DNA from: Tetramitus jugosus
Lineage: Eukaryota > Protista > Heterolobosea
Length of the DNA: 64,000 nt
Assembly (NCBI GenBank): GCA_937625935.1
Contig: OW569380.1
Location: 124,001 to 188,000 of the forward strand
Direction: 5' to 3'
The notes under the pieces were generated by a model. The model worked only from the letters and a program-made list of their open reading frames with translations. It was not told the DNA's origin and made no database searches. The translations under genes were made by a program, and so were the position numbers. Below are positions 52,638 to 64,000 of this stretch, in pieces. Each line of letters starts with the position of its first letter. The first letter of the stretch is position 1.

Positions 52638-54353
52638 TTACTCGTCGTGGGTGGTTTGTGGTTCGGTTCCCTCTGTTTGTTGACCAGAACCTGATTCTTC
52701 GACTGTTTCTTCTTGTTTGAGAGAGGATTGATCGTCCAAGTCTTGGTCGTTGGCAGGTGTGTCATTCATCTTGTTTGTGGACTCTTCAATCATGTCTTGC
52801 TTGAACGAGGACTGATCATCCAAATCTTGATCATGAGCAGGGATGTCAGTTGCTTCACCAGTCTCCAACTTGTCATCCTGCTTATTGTCATCTGCTTGAT
52901 TCTGCTTGACAGCAGGCTCTGTCATATCCGTGTTGGAAATGTTGAGATTCTCATCGGTTCTGGCTGTGGATGCCTCAACGTCATCCAACTCGAATGCTGC
53001 ATCATCCAACGCCACATCGTTCATTGACTTTTTTGGTACGGTAGATGTGCTAGCCTCTTCTTGAATCTTCTCATTGATGAGTTCATTGACTCGACTCTCT
53101 CCTTCGTCCAACTTTGCCAACTCTGGATTGAGATGAACGTGATCATTGAGCCAATTATTGATCAATTTGAATGCTTTTTCACGATCCACCTCCAAATGAA
53201 TCGCATGCAAAAAGTTGGCCAAATAATAGTGAGTCTTATCTGCTGAACCAATCAATTCATGAAACTTTTTAGATGCCACTGCATCACTCACATAGTCCTT
53301 GGCACCGTGCAGAATCAAGATTGGTAATTTGAATTGTGCGGCAATCTCTGCATTCATCAACTGTTGAGTCATCTTTTCCAAATCGGTCACATTTCGCGCA
53401 GTCATATCACCCACTCGGAACGTGTCTCTCTGCAACACTTTTTGCATCACAACATCACTTGTCAATCGCTCTACGGCAACGTCCAACTCGATCGTATACG
53501 TCTGGAATCGCTTTGCCAAGAAACCAACCACTTTTTTCTGCCAATTTGGAAAATCAACCTTCAAATAAGGACATGTAGAAACGACACCTGCAATCACTGG
53601 TTCAAATTCCAACAATAACATATTCAAATGACTCAAAATCTGTTCATCGTCCTCGTCCAACTTGATATTGGCCTCCCATCCCATCAATGTAAACAATGTC
53701 AATCTCTCAATCGCCACAACATCACTCTTATTTGAAAAAGAAGCATTTTGTTGTTGTTGTTGTTGATCTCTCATGACAGAGACAATGAGACCCAACACAA
53801 TTTGTCTCACTGATCCAGTACCGTGCCCATAGAGATACACTGGTAATTGAGTCACGCCTTCTCTCGTCATTTCATTCTCCAAATCCTCAATCAAATGTTT
53901 TCTCGTTTGTTGTAGCACAAGGAGCATGTCTACAATGGATTGTAGAGTGTTTTTGACGTGACCTCGTTTGCCTGTGCTTCTGCCTGCACCACGCTGATCA
54001 AACATGCTCACACAAAAATCACAATTCGAAAAACGTTGACCAATGTTTTCTAATTGTCCGACGTGACTCGCAAAGGAATGACTGACGAGAAGAATAGCTT
54101 TTGGTGTGGAGTGTGCTCCTGATAGTTCATTATTGTTGTTTTTGAGAAAAATTTGATAGTATAAGCTTTCCTTGTCGTAGCTCGGAATGATTTGTAAGTG
54201 TTTGGCCTGTGTGTTGGCGTTCAACGGATTTTTTTTCTGTAGAAAGGCGGGCAAATTGTATTGTAAGGTGGGTTGGTTGGAGGATTGTGCTTGGTTGTTG
54301 TTATTGTTGGCGGCATGAGCTTGCTTGCCAAAAAAGGACGCTCTTCTCATCAT
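52638..54353 (-). CDS. Monoglyceride-lipase-like alpha/beta hydrolase with an atypical nucleophile motif
   Basis: FDQRGAGRSTGKRGH, VYLYGHGTG, PILILHGAKDYVS and LHAIHLE motifs. Acidic repeated tail. Confidence 0.8.
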   Translation of the reverse strand: MMRRASFFGKQAHAANNNNNQAQSSNQPTLQYNLPAFLQKKNPLNANTQAKHLQIIPSYDKESLYYQIFLKNNNNELSGAHSTPKAILLVSHSFASHVGQLENIGQRFSNCDFCVSMFDQRGAGRSTGKRGHVKNTLQSIVDMLLVLQQTRKHLIEDLENEMTREGVTQLPVYLYGHGTGSVRQIVLGLIVSVMRDQQQQQQNASFSNKSDVVAIERLTLFTLMGWEANIKLDEDDEQILSHLNMLLLEFEPVIAGVVSTCPYLKVDFPNWQKKVVGFLAKRFQTYTIELDVAVERLTSDVVMQKVLQRDTFRVGDMTARNVTDLEKMTQQLMNAEIAAQFKLPILILHGAKDYVSDAVASKKFHELIGSADKTHYYLANFLHAIHLEVDREKAFKLINNWLNDHVHLNPELAKLDEGESRVNELINEKIQEEASTSTVPKKSMNDVALDDAAFELDDVEASTARTDENLNISNTDMTEPAVKQNQADDNKQDDKLETGEATDIPAHDQDLDDQSSFKQDMIEESTNKMNDTPANDQDLDDQSSLKQEETVEESGSGQQTEGTEPQTTHDE

Positions 54354-55191
54354 GTTATTGTTATTATTGTTGTTGTTGTTGTTGGTTTATCGTACAGGTT
54401 TGTTGGTCGTTTGGTCGTCTTTGTTTTTGTGAAGATCCTCTCGTTCCTTGTGGAATGTCGAACGTGAGATTCCAAGGTGTTTTGTTTTGTGACATCTGAC
54501 TTGGACCATTCTTGACAGCTCCGACTTGACGGTTATCACCTAACTGGCTCTGCCCAGATTTGAAGGCAGGAGCAGGAATAACAACTCCATCATCCTTTCT
54601 CCTCATGCCTTTCTCAGAGCAATGTGCAAGTTGCATCATCAAATTCACGAAGGGATGGTTCTCACTACCGCAGCGATGAAACTTACATGTTTTGAATGAA
54701 CCCAAGATGACCGAGATTTTTTCAACGTTTTTGGACCCACACAGAAAATTGACAATGCCGCCTCCGATTCTCGCATAAATTTTATCGCTTTGCTCGCTAC
54801 CTCACTCTGGCAATCATACATACCTTGCTCAAGGTCGCAGTGATCAAGAAGACTGCGTCTTATCAGTTGGTTATGCTATTGCACTCGAAGCAGAGCAACT
54901 GGTATCATCTCTCACGAGATGTGGAGCGAAATTTCTGGCAGGAGCACCAGTTTACTGGTGCAAAACATTCTAGTAAAAAATTAATAGAAAAGACCTCGGA
55001 AGCAACTATTGTCAAGTCTGAAGTATGCCAGTTGACCAATGCTTTGGAAGATAACAACGAGGGATCATGATTGTTGTGAAAATAATTTATTGGTAGATAA
55101 CAAATAGTGGTTGCTACATGTTCTTTTTGTTCTGTTGTGCTTGAGCACGGAGGAGCCATCGAACTCTAATATCGTACGATAATCAACATGA

Positions 55192-58100
55192 TTACACAGA
55201 AACTTCGTCACTCTTCTTCTTTTTCACCTTTTGATCCTTCTTGTCACCCTTCTTCTGATGAATCTTCTCATGTCTTCTCAAATTCGAGCAAGTTGTGAAT
55301 CGCTTGCCACAACCGTCGTGAGAACAGACATATGGTCTTTCACCAGTATGAATTCTTTGATGCGTGTGCAAGTCACTTCTCCTAGCAAACCTCTTGTCGC
55401 ACCCTGGGTGGCTACAAGCAAATGGTTTGTTGCCATTGTGTAGCTTTGCATGACGTTTCAAGTTTGTGATATGAGTAAAGCTCTTGGGGCACTGTGGACA
55501 CTTGAATGGTCTATCCTCTGCATTTCCATCATCTTCTTCATCGGTAAAATCAGCATCTGACTCAATCTCAGCATCAGGATCAACATCTTCATCAAACGCA
55601 TCATCAATGGCTGCCTGTTGTTGTGCTTGTTGTTGATTCATTGCCACAGAGTTACCATTGTTCACTTCTTGTTGAACATTCATCATGACTCTGGGTGATG
55701 GGCTTGAATTCATGGGGATCACATTGTTTACTACAGCAGCAGTTGGATGTGGTTGGAATGCTGCTGTGTTGGACATGAGAGGTGTTTGATGCTGTTGTGA
55801 CTGCTGTTGCAACAATTGTTGCATAGAGGTCACTGGTTGCGATGATTGCTGTTGTTGCATTTGTGTTGGCATGACTTGCTGTGCCATCATTGCACCATTG
55901 TTGTTCACAAATGCTGGCTGCTGTTGTTGCAGTTGAGGGTGCTGCATTGCATGTTGTTGCTGCTGTTGTTGTTGTTGTTGCAACATGAACATTTGTTGCT
56001 GCTGCTGTTGAGTAGCGAGTGCATTGACTCCTCCGAAAAGGGTTTCCGATGGCCTTCGATTGTTATTCTCTTGCCAAAACATTTGTGTTTGTTGTTGCAG
56101 TTGAGAGGTGAAGGAGTTGTCTTGATGCTGAGGTTGAGCTTGACCGAGCATTCCAGTGAAACTCATGGCAGAAGGATTCTGTACACTAGGATTGCTTCCA
56201 TTTCTACCGAATGGAAAACCGTTGGGGGATAGAATTTGAGGCTGCTGTTGTTGGAACTGATGAGTTTGAACGTGAGCAGTCTTGTTGAACACAAAGGCAT
56301 TATTAGCATTGTTGCCATTGTTGTTCAGGGCCGTGTGGAACATGTTCTGTTGTTGCTGTTGCTGCTGCATCTGATGTTGCTGCATTTGTTGCTGTTGCAA
56401 CTGTTGCTGCTGCTGTTGCTGCAATTGTTGTTGTTGCAACTGTTGTTGGTGTTGTTGGTGTTGTTGTTGCTGCTGCTTGTTTCTGTTTGGCAACATCTTG
56501 GACAGGAAGGTACCAAAGAACTTACCCTTCTTGGATGTTGATACAGCACTTGATGGACTCTCTGTTTCTCCAACATCACCCATGCTGTTATTGTTATGAT
56601 GGCTCATTTGTTGACTCATCGATTGATTACTGAAAGAATGAGTAAACGAGTCATCATGCACATCATCATCGTCATCCATCATGGCATCCTTTGACTTCTT
56701 GTTCGTTGGTCCAACGCCAATGTTGAACGATGCAGACATGAAACGCTTCTTTCCCTTCTTTCCACTTCCGTTCATTTCTGCGTCTTCAGTCTTGATACTG
56801 ATTCCTTCGTCATCCATGGACCACCCGCCTGCATGATTACCACCGTGATTCAAATCATTTGGGTCATCGAATGGGAAAGGATGTCCGTTATGCTGTTGAT
56901 GCTGGTGTTGCTGTTGCAGCATTCTTGAGTGGTAGACTGGATTGGAAAAGGAGTCGTTTTGCATCATAAAATTGGAACTTCCATGAGAGTGCTTAAAATT
57001 CTCAAGATTGATTCCACCTCCGCTGTTGCGATAACCATTGTGTTGTTGATGCTGCTGCTGTTGCTGTGCAGCAACCGTGCTTCCCCTGTTCAACAATGAA
57101 GACAACGAGCTATTGGTGCTATTGTTGTGATTGGAGATGGAATGATGTGCAAAGAATTCATGAGTCGGTGAACTGACCAAATCATCACCTCTGGGTGAGA
57201 GCATGGGTGGCGATGCAATTCCACTGCCCAACGAAGACAATGACAATCGATTCATGCTGCTTCTTGGACTCGTACAAAACAGTGCACTGTACCTGGCACC
57301 ACCGCTTCCGCTACCAAATCCATTCATGATTCCACCGCCGCTTCCAACATTGCCCATACTTCCTATTCCACCACCACCAATGCCACCGCCATTGGCTCCA
57401 CCACTGCTACCAAAGTGAGGAACTTCCAACACGTCGGCCCAATCCATGGACAGACTCGCTCTAAAGGCATTCGAGTTTCGATTATTGTTGAAACTGCTGA
57501 TACTAGAGATGCTCAATCGACCTTCACTATTGTTTCTCGGGAGTCCACCCGTGCTACCAAAACTACCATGCGTATTAAAGAAGCTACCACTGCTTGATCT
57601 TCGATGATGACGCTGTTGTTGTTGCTGGTGCGGATGAGATGGACCGAGATGAGATGGATTTTGAAGGTGGTGAAGATGCCTATTGTTGGATGGTGAGGAT
57701 GGTGTTTGATGCTGGGAGAGTGACTGCGAGGGATGATTTACATTGAGCGATAGGCTGAATCGATTGTTGCTGCTGCTGTTTCGATTGCTCGTGGCACCAC
57801 CGCCTCCACCTGTATTGTAATGAGAGGACGTAATGGAGTAACTCGTCATGGAAGTACTAGAGTTGGATGTGATGGAGTCTCTGTTGCTGTTTGTTCCATT
57901 GTTGTTGTTGTTGTTGTGATGAAAGAACAAGTCACCTGCAGAAGAGTGATGAGAGTGTCTGCTGCTATGCTTTTGTGCATTCTTCCCGCCAAAAAGCGCC
58001 TTTTTGGGCTGTAGTTGATTTTCAAGTCGGATGTCGGAGAATTCTGGTGGGGCATTGGTACAACCAGTGGGTAGTTTAGCCAATGGGAAACAAAGGAATT

Positions 58101-58584
58101 TTCTAGTGGCTTGAAAAACGAGAGCTGCAATCATACTGTACCGAACATCTGAAATCTTCAAATTTTGTGTCTCCAATGAAAGACTTTGATTCGATGGTGC
58201 AAATGGATGAGAGCTAAAGAGTGGACATGGTGTTTCCGTAGCAAATGGAGGTGAAGAAGCAGAGGTTAATGCTGTTGGAGTGGCTGTTGTTGAGCCGTGA
58301 GAGTGTGAGAGACCGTTGGCTCCACTTGATGCGGCAATGGATGAGGCCATTGGTGTCTCAGTGGCCTCGTGATGTTGTTGGTGATTGTTACCTGCTGTCA
58401 TTGTCGTTGGTGATGACAATAGCTTTTGATGAGAAAAGAGAACAGAAGTTCCCTGTTGTTGTTGTTGGTGATGGTGGTGATGCATGGGCGTGTTGGTGTG
58501 AAGTGGTTCAGATGCGGTTGTTATGGCTGTTGGTGAAGACACTCCTTCTTCATCATCAAGCATCATCATGTTGTCATTGTTCAT
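55192..58584 (-). CDS. C2H2 zinc-finger transcription factor (3 fingers) with Q/N/S/H-rich regions
   Basis: CPQC..HAKLH, CSHPGC..HQRIH, TGERPY linker, CSHDGC..HEKIH. Confidence 0.92.
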   Translation of the reverse strand: MNNDNMMMLDDEEGVSSPTAITTASEPLHTNTPMHHHHHQQQQQGTSVLFSHQKLLSSPTTMTAGNNHQQHHEATETPMASSIAASSGANGLSHSHGSTTATPTALTSASSPPFATETPCPLFSSHPFAPSNQSLSLETQNLKISDVRYSMIAALVFQATRKFLCFPLAKLPTGCTNAPPEFSDIRLENQLQPKKALFGGKNAQKHSSRHSHHSSAGDLFFHHNNNNNNGTNSNRDSITSNSSTSMTSYSITSSHYNTGGGGGATSNRNSSSNNRFSLSLNVNHPSQSLSQHQTPSSPSNNRHLHHLQNPSHLGPSHPHQQQQQRHHRRSSSGSFFNTHGSFGSTGGLPRNNSEGRLSISSISSFNNNRNSNAFRASLSMDWADVLEVPHFGSSGGANGGGIGGGGIGSMGNVGSGGGIMNGFGSGSGGARYSALFCTSPRSSMNRLSLSSLGSGIASPPMLSPRGDDLVSSPTHEFFAHHSISNHNNSTNSSLSSLLNRGSTVAAQQQQQHQQHNGYRNSGGGINLENFKHSHGSSNFMMQNDSFSNPVYHSRMLQQQHQHQQHNGHPFPFDDPNDLNHGGNHAGGWSMDDEGISIKTEDAEMNGSGKKGKKRFMSASFNIGVGPTNKKSKDAMMDDDDDVHDDSFTHSFSNQSMSQQMSHHNNNSMGDVGETESPSSAVSTSKKGKFFGTFLSKMLPNRNKQQQQQHQQHQQQLQQQQLQQQQQQQLQQQQMQQHQMQQQQQQQNMFHTALNNNGNNANNAFVFNKTAHVQTHQFQQQQPQILSPNGFPFGRNGSNPSVQNPSAMSFTGMLGQAQPQHQDNSFTSQLQQQTQMFWQENNNRRPSETLFGGVNALATQQQQQQMFMLQQQQQQQQQHAMQHPQLQQQQPAFVNNNGAMMAQQVMPTQMQQQQSSQPVTSMQQLLQQQSQQHQTPLMSNTAAFQPHPTAAVVNNVIPMNSSPSPRVMMNVQQEVNNGNSVAMNQQQAQQQAAIDDAFDEDVDPDAEIESDADFTDEEDDGNAEDRPFKCPQCPKSFTHITNLKRHAKLHNGNKPFACSHPGCDKRFARRSDLHTHQRIHTGERPYVCSHDGCGKRFTTCSNLRRHEKIHQKKGDKKDQKVKKKKSDEVSV

Positions 58585-59389
58585 TGTTAGAATGTTTGGT
58601 ATGTCTGTGTAGTGTTATGATGACAAATGATGAAACAGTTGTTCTTGTTGTTGTTGTTGGTTACTTGCTTCTTGGAACGTTTTGTGCAAAGTATAAATAT
58701 GGAGGATGTTCTTGGTCGTTTCGGTTTTTTTGAGCTTTCGTATTTTTTTTGTTGTTGCGCAACGAATAAAAAAGCTTTTTTGTTTCTTGGGTTGGAAGAG
58801 CTGCTTGTTGTTGTTTTTTTTGCACAAAGGGGTGTGAACTACAGACCGGGTAGGATGAGAGTTGTTGTTGCTCGGTTGCCGTTTTTGTTGTTTGTTTAGG
58901 TGGTCGTGCACAATATATCAAAGCGCGTGTATTGTTTTAGTTGTACCTGGCTACGTTTTGTTAGTTCGTTGCTTGTTGTTGCTCTGCGAATCCGAATCTT
59001 TATCCTGTGACAGGGTTGTCAGTAATGATATTTTTTTGCAGCAATCAGCTATCGTGTCTCTCTGAGCGCTTGGTTTCAAATGCAGATGTCTGGATTGTTT
59101 TTTTTCTAGGAGGATCGTTTTGTTTATGCAGTGCAAAGCCAACACCAACCGACAAAAACACTGGTGTGTGGAATGATAAAAAGTGGGTGACCTAGGAGTG
59201 AACCAAATCCATTGAACAAGGGCACCACCATAAGCAACACCACAGGCAAAAAGAGTTTGCTGCGTGTGACAAGTGAAAGCAAAGATTCGTGTTCTGTCAA
59301 TCAACTCGAGCTTCCCCATATCTGGTCAATAGGCATCCATTCCATTTTGATTGTTCAATCGTAAAATAATAAAAAAAACCCGCCAAAAA

Positions 59390-61045
59390 ATGCAAGCAAG
59401 ACATCTGCTCCTCAGAACGCGCCACGCAACAACACTCACACTACAGTCATCCTTTCATAAAATACACTCAAAGCTCCATCATCATCACCAATACTATGCA
59501 ACAAACAGATTACCAACCATCCATCGATCTCCACTAGAGTCCTATGACAGAGACAAGCACTCTGCTATGCCTCCATTTGAGCTCGTAAGAGACTTTATTC
59601 AAGACTCACTCTATAACCCACAATATGGTTATTTCAATATTCAAGAACCCATTATCTTTACACGTGATGATGATCCTCACATGATGAAAATGATGACTGA
59701 CAATCAAGAAGAACGATTGAAACAATTATTATTACCATTGATTGATTTTAAATCGTTGGATGATCAACATGACTATATACAATCGTTGAAAGCGCTGTAC
59801 GCGAGTAAGAATCAAGTCTGGGGAACACCAGTCGAAGTTTTTCAACCTTGTTTGGCTCAATCCATTCTCAATTACATGCTCGATCGGTATCATCACAATA
59901 GTAATCAACAAGAAGATGATAATAGACCATTTGTGGTGTATGAAGTGGGTGGTGGAACAGGAACATGTGCAATGAATATTTTGGCCACGTTGAAATTGCA
60001 TCATCCATCCATTTATGAACGAACACAGTATCACATTGTTGAGATTAGTAGCGAGTTGCACAAGATTCAAAAGAGTCGGTTGTTGGACGAGTTTTCTGAC
60101 CATGTTCAATGTCATCACATGAGTGTGTTCGATATGGAGAAGCGGAGAGAAGAGTTGTTGAATCAGCAGGAGAAACATCACGCGTTTGTGATTGCACTGG
60201 AAGTCATGGACAATTTGCCACATGATAAAATTGTTCAGAAACCAGATGGTTCCTTCACTCAGATTGGAGTTGTTCATGTGGGTGACAATGAGAGTGGACA
60301 AGCAATCTATCAAGAGATTGAAATGCCAGTGGTGGACGCAGTTATTCAGAGGTACTTGCAGTATACGAGAGATGATTTAATAGTGACATCATCTGGTGAC
60401 AGTGATGCATCTTCGAGCTCAGTAGATGTACTCGATCCTGCACTCATGCTAGATTGTCGACCAAAGAGCAAACTCAAGGCAATTTCAAACAAGTCAACAG
60501 GTTTCATGAGAAAGATGATTGTATCACTAGTGGGACAAGGTGATGAAGTGTTCTATATTCCTACGATGCAGATGCAAATGGTTGAGATTCTGTGTTCGCT
60601 GTTCCCAAGTCATCACATGGTATTGGCCGATTTTGATCATTTGCCCAACCAGGATTTGAACATGTACAGCGAGAGTTCAATTCACAATCAGCCAATCGTG
60701 CAGAGAAAGTTTGAAAAGTCGATCAAGATGGTCAATGACCCTGCATTTAACAAGGAATACCTCAGTGCATCATTCTCCACGTACTTGGTTCCCAAGGGGT
60801 CATGCGACATTTTCTTTGAGACGCAGTTTGAGGATTTACAACGTGTGTATGCTCATTGTCGTCAAAGCCATGGCACAAGCAAGGGCTCCACTGTGATGAA
60901 GATGGCACAGTTCGTCAATCGATTCCTACCTGCAGAAGACATTGACAAGATGACCACAGCATCCGGCTACAATCCAATGCTTCTCGATTATGCAAACTTT
61001 TCCTTCCTCGTGAGTGATGTTGTGGACATGGAAATGCATAAATAA
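59390..61045 (+). CDS. NDUFAF7: NDUFAF7/MidA-family SAM-dependent arginine methyltransferase
   Basis: VRDFIQDSLYNPQYGYF, YEVGGGTGT, IVEIS, ALEVMDNLPHD and CDIFF motifs. Mitochondrial-type N-terminus. Confidence 0.85.
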   Translation: MQARHLLLRTRHATTLTLQSSFHKIHSKLHHHHQYYATNRLPTIHRSPLESYDRDKHSAMPPFELVRDFIQDSLYNPQYGYFNIQEPIIFTRDDDPHMMKMMTDNQEERLKQLLLPLIDFKSLDDQHDYIQSLKALYASKNQVWGTPVEVFQPCLAQSILNYMLDRYHHNSNQQEDDNRPFVVYEVGGGTGTCAMNILATLKLHHPSIYERTQYHIVEISSELHKIQKSRLLDEFSDHVQCHHMSVFDMEKRREELLNQQEKHHAFVIALEVMDNLPHDKIVQKPDGSFTQIGVVHVGDNESGQAIYQEIEMPVVDAVIQRYLQYTRDDLIVTSSGDSDASSSSVDVLDPALMLDCRPKSKLKAISNKSTGFMRKMIVSLVGQGDEVFYIPTMQMQMVEILCSLFPSHHMVLADFDHLPNQDLNMYSESSIHNQPIVQRKFEKSIKMVNDPAFNKEYLSASFSTYLVPKGSCDIFFETQFEDLQRVYAHCRQSHGTSKGSTVMKMAQFVNRFLPAEDIDKMTTASGYNPMLLDYANFSFLVSDVVDMEMHK

Positions 61046-61228
61046 AAGCAAACATGTCATGTGTTCACATCTCTGAGAAAAGAGATAGCCAATGACGTCG
61101 TTTCACTGGCTTGTCCATAATCGGTCATTGGAACCACATGTTCCAAAACACACCAGCAACAGAAAGAGATTTTTCGCTATTTCACAACAAGAACAAAAAC
61201 GAACACGCACATCAGCACCATTCACAAA

Positions 61229-63565
61229 ATGAAAAACTCTCATGACATAGATCTCATCACAAAATTCTCACCTCAACCACATCAACAACCACAACAAACA
61301 GCTCAACAACACCCCCATCACCACTTCACTCCGATTCGAAGCTTCGAAGAACACAACCCACTACAACAAAAGATTATTGACCCATTGATGCTGTCAAACG
61401 ATTTATCATCCATTGACGAAGAGAACGACCCCAATTCACTAGAGGACGACCAAGAGAGAAATGACTTGTTAGAACAATTGTCCTCTTCCAATTCATTTCT
61501 CCTTTCAACTTCCGCCGCAGGAGGTGAGAGTGGTGATGATGACGACTCTGAGATCAAGAACTACACCACGACAGACACGACGAATGACCTCTCCGAGCAT
61601 CCCTACCTGCTACAAGGTGTGTCGTCTCCTCCGCAGGCGATTTGGGGAACGACGCATCACCAAGCGACAATCGGACCAAATACAGCAAAAACGACGGAGG
61701 AATTAATCGGAGATTTACCAACCGACTGGCAGGTGCTGTCTTCGAAAACAAACAACCCTCAACATTATCTTCCGCAACAACAACAACATCAAGTCATAAC
61801 AACAACGACAAATGGTCAGACAATGATGAATCTATTGAATGACAATGTACTTATCCAGAACAACAATAACAATTCCAACAATAGCATAATTTATAATGGT
61901 CAAAACAACAGTAACAACAATAATAGTAATGATAGCAACAATATCAATCATGTGAATAGTAGAAGTAGCAGTAGTAGTAGTAGTAGTATGAATAGTATTA
62001 GTACGAACATTAATAGGATGAACATCAATATAGGAACAACATCAACACCCAATGTACAACAACCACAACAACCCATTCAATATCCTACTACAAATAACCA
62101 TAACAACACTTTTCAACAACAACAACAACAATCTTATTTCAATCAACCGCAACAACAACAATTCAATCAATCAACATCAATAGCATCGTCATCGTCATCA
62201 TCTCAATCTTCATCATCATCATCATCTTCACCGTCCATGGCCTCCTCTCTGTTCATTACACCATCTCAGGTGCATCAACTGAATAATAATCATTACAGTA
62301 GTGGTGGTGGTGGTGGTGGAGCAGCAAGTAACGTACTTTCGAATGACATGCTTTTTGGAAATTCATCAATGATGAGCATGTTAAGTAATAATAACAATAA
62401 CAGTAATACAACGATCACGACACCAGTTAATGATGAAATGTGTACGTGTCCATTGCGTTCACTGTTGAATTGTCCTTGGTATGGCAATAAGCTTTCCTTG
62501 ACGGTTCATTTGGAACAGAGCTGTTTCCCGCGTTTTTTGCGGGAAAATATCACCGCGGCGGAAAATGGTCTCCCCCAACAACCACAGCACATTCTCTTCA
62601 AAGTGCGGGATAATATTGTGGCGGGAATGAACCAGTATTTTTCGCGGGAAACAATACTACGGAATTGCGCCAAGCAGCTCCAAGTGCCAGAGGTAGTGTG
62701 CGCTGAAGTTTGGAAATGGATGCGCTCAAGCAATGAATCCTTTTTTCATGCATATGACATGATTACTCTCGTTGTTGGTCAAATTGAAATTTTTAATGAA
62801 TTAGCGCAGGAGATGCAAGCCAATCAAGACACACGCTATCATTTCAATGATCCCAACGTTGGACTGCTCTTGTCTCAACAACAACAACAACAGCAAACAC
62901 AATCACAAGTGCAGCAGCAACTCCAACCACAGCAACAATTCTTGTTGCAAAATGAGAGTCCAATGGTAGGTCATCAAACAACTGACAGCTCAAATGGTGC
63001 AACATTGTCATTGGATCTATCCAATCAACTGTTGAGACAAAACTATTCTCAAGCTTTGACACAAACCGCAGGTAGTCAACTGCCAAATTCCAATGCTTCA
63101 CAACAGTGGAGTTTGTTGTCACAGTTTCAACAAATGCAGCAACAAACAACACTGGAGAACAATAACAATGGCCGAAGCAGTAGTGCGGCATTGGTCAGTC
63201 CCACAACTGCACTTTCATCGAGAAATCAACAAGTATGGATACCTCAAGCAACAAGCAGCATGACGACCAATCCAATGATGAACAGTGGCATCGCAATGGG
63301 AGGTGCTTCTGCTGTAGGTACAACTACTCCAAGCAATATTTCCCCTTTAATGGTCAATCAGTTCGTTTCTGGTGGAGCCATGGCGAATTCTAGGATGAGA
63401 AAGGATGTCACAAAGTCCAAAGCACTCAAATTCCACAACTATAAGCAACCGACAGCAACCACACCAGGAGGTGGAAGTTCGAGGAGGCGTAGTGAATCAT
63501 CCACACCCATTTCCTTTGTGAATTACAGTGTGGCAAATCCTAGGAACAACAATAACTCACAATGA
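61229..63565 (+). CDS. Low-complexity protein with a central Zn-binding motif (TRAF/SIAH-finger-like)
   Basis: CTCPLRSLLNCPW...HLEQSC within a Q/N/S-rich 778-aa ORF. Confidence 0.65.
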   Translation: MKNSHDIDLITKFSPQPHQQPQQTAQQHPHHHFTPIRSFEEHNPLQQKIIDPLMLSNDLSSIDEENDPNSLEDDQERNDLLEQLSSSNSFLLSTSAAGGESGDDDDSEIKNYTTTDTTNDLSEHPYLLQGVSSPPQAIWGTTHHQATIGPNTAKTTEELIGDLPTDWQVLSSKTNNPQHYLPQQQQHQVITTTTNGQTMMNLLNDNVLIQNNNNNSNNSIIYNGQNNSNNNNSNDSNNINHVNSRSSSSSSSSMNSISTNINRMNINIGTTSTPNVQQPQQPIQYPTTNNHNNTFQQQQQQSYFNQPQQQQFNQSTSIASSSSSSQSSSSSSSSPSMASSLFITPSQVHQLNNNHYSSGGGGGGAASNVLSNDMLFGNSSMMSMLSNNNNNSNTTITTPVNDEMCTCPLRSLLNCPWYGNKLSLTVHLEQSCFPRFLRENITAAENGLPQQPQHILFKVRDNIVAGMNQYFSRETILRNCAKQLQVPEVVCAEVWKWMRSSNESFFHAYDMITLVVGQIEIFNELAQEMQANQDTRYHFNDPNVGLLLSQQQQQQQTQSQVQQQLQPQQQFLLQNESPMVGHQTTDSSNGATLSLDLSNQLLRQNYSQALTQTAGSQLPNSNASQQWSLLSQFQQMQQQTTLENNNNGRSSSAALVSPTTALSSRNQQVWIPQATSSMTTNPMMNSGIAMGGASAVGTTTPSNISPLMVNQFVSGGAMANSRMRKDVTKSKALKFHNYKQPTATTPGGGSSRRRSESSTPISFVNYSVANPRNNNNSQ

Positions 63566-63682
63566 CAGCATCAGAACATAAATGATGGTGGCAGCAATAG
63601 TTTGTTAACGATTTTTTTACAATTCCTTCTCGAATGTATCAGTGTTAGGGTCAAGGAGGATGTTTAGGGCAATCTATTAGCT

Positions 63683-64000
63683 CTACTCTTGAGTTGGAGT
63701 AGACGATGCACCGTTCGGATTCATAATCTGAGTCAAGGTGGGGTGGACAAGGTTGCTAATGAAGCGGTTTCTCTTTGAAACCTCATTGTCCTTATACTCC
63801 AGGTCTCGCTTCAGCAATTTCTTCTTGTTCTTCAATTGTTGAATCTTGTTATTCAATCGAGTCGTCAGGCTCTTCAATTCATTTATCTCGTTCCAGGCCG
63901 ATTCAAGTTGAGACACCTGGTTCTGCATATCAGCGTTCAAGTTATTGATGTGTTCAGAACTTTCATCCAACCTTGAAGCAAGAATCTTGTTCTGTTCTAT
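63683..64000 (-). CDS. 3' end of a coiled-coil protein running off the window
   Basis: Heptad-rich open frame that continues towards the window edge. Confidence 0.55.
   Translation of the reverse strand: MEQNKILASRLDESSEHINNLNADMQNQVSQLESAWNEINELKSLTTRLNNKIQQLKNKKKLLKRDLEYKDNEVSKRNRFISNLVHPTLTQIMNPNGASSTPTQE

Noticed and set aside
55600-63200. CAA/CAG/AAT microsatellite arrays and their antisense poly-Leu/Cys ORFs
   Set aside because: These are coding poly-Q/N/S tracts. The opposite-strand ORFs are shadows.

Overview
Eukaryotic, intron-poor protist genomic DNA. The gene families, the GTATGT-AG intron and the Q/N-rich proteins resemble Discoba/Heterolobosea, but the taxon is an inference. 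Bases ~1-25,300 are a nested transposon graveyard. Bases ~25,400-64,000 are ordinary host genes: COQ3-like methyltransferase, FHA protein, M1 aminopeptidase, MAPR, asparaginase-ankyrin, BTB, RCC1-like, TPR, HAD, lipase-like, C2H2 TF and NDUFAF7. Main discovery: all five tRNA loci (Cys with intron, Lys pseudogene, Asp, Glu, Phe) carry APE-RT (L1/Tx1-like) non-LTR retrotransposons. Their 5' ends lie about 37-56 bp upstream where junctions can be read, always head-to-head with the tRNA. At tRNA-Phe five successive insertions are stacked, with overlapping target-site duplications that give their order. The elements share 3'-UTR triloop hairpins and a terminal AATAAA...GCAAC-loop-GTTGTAT-poly(A) motif, and include an ORF1-only non-autonomous form. 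This parallels Dictyostelium TRE5. Second highlight: an intact ~1100-aa RAG1/Transib-like DDE transposase with AT-hook and Myb-like domains, arranged tail-to-tail with an intact unknown 219-aa ORF.
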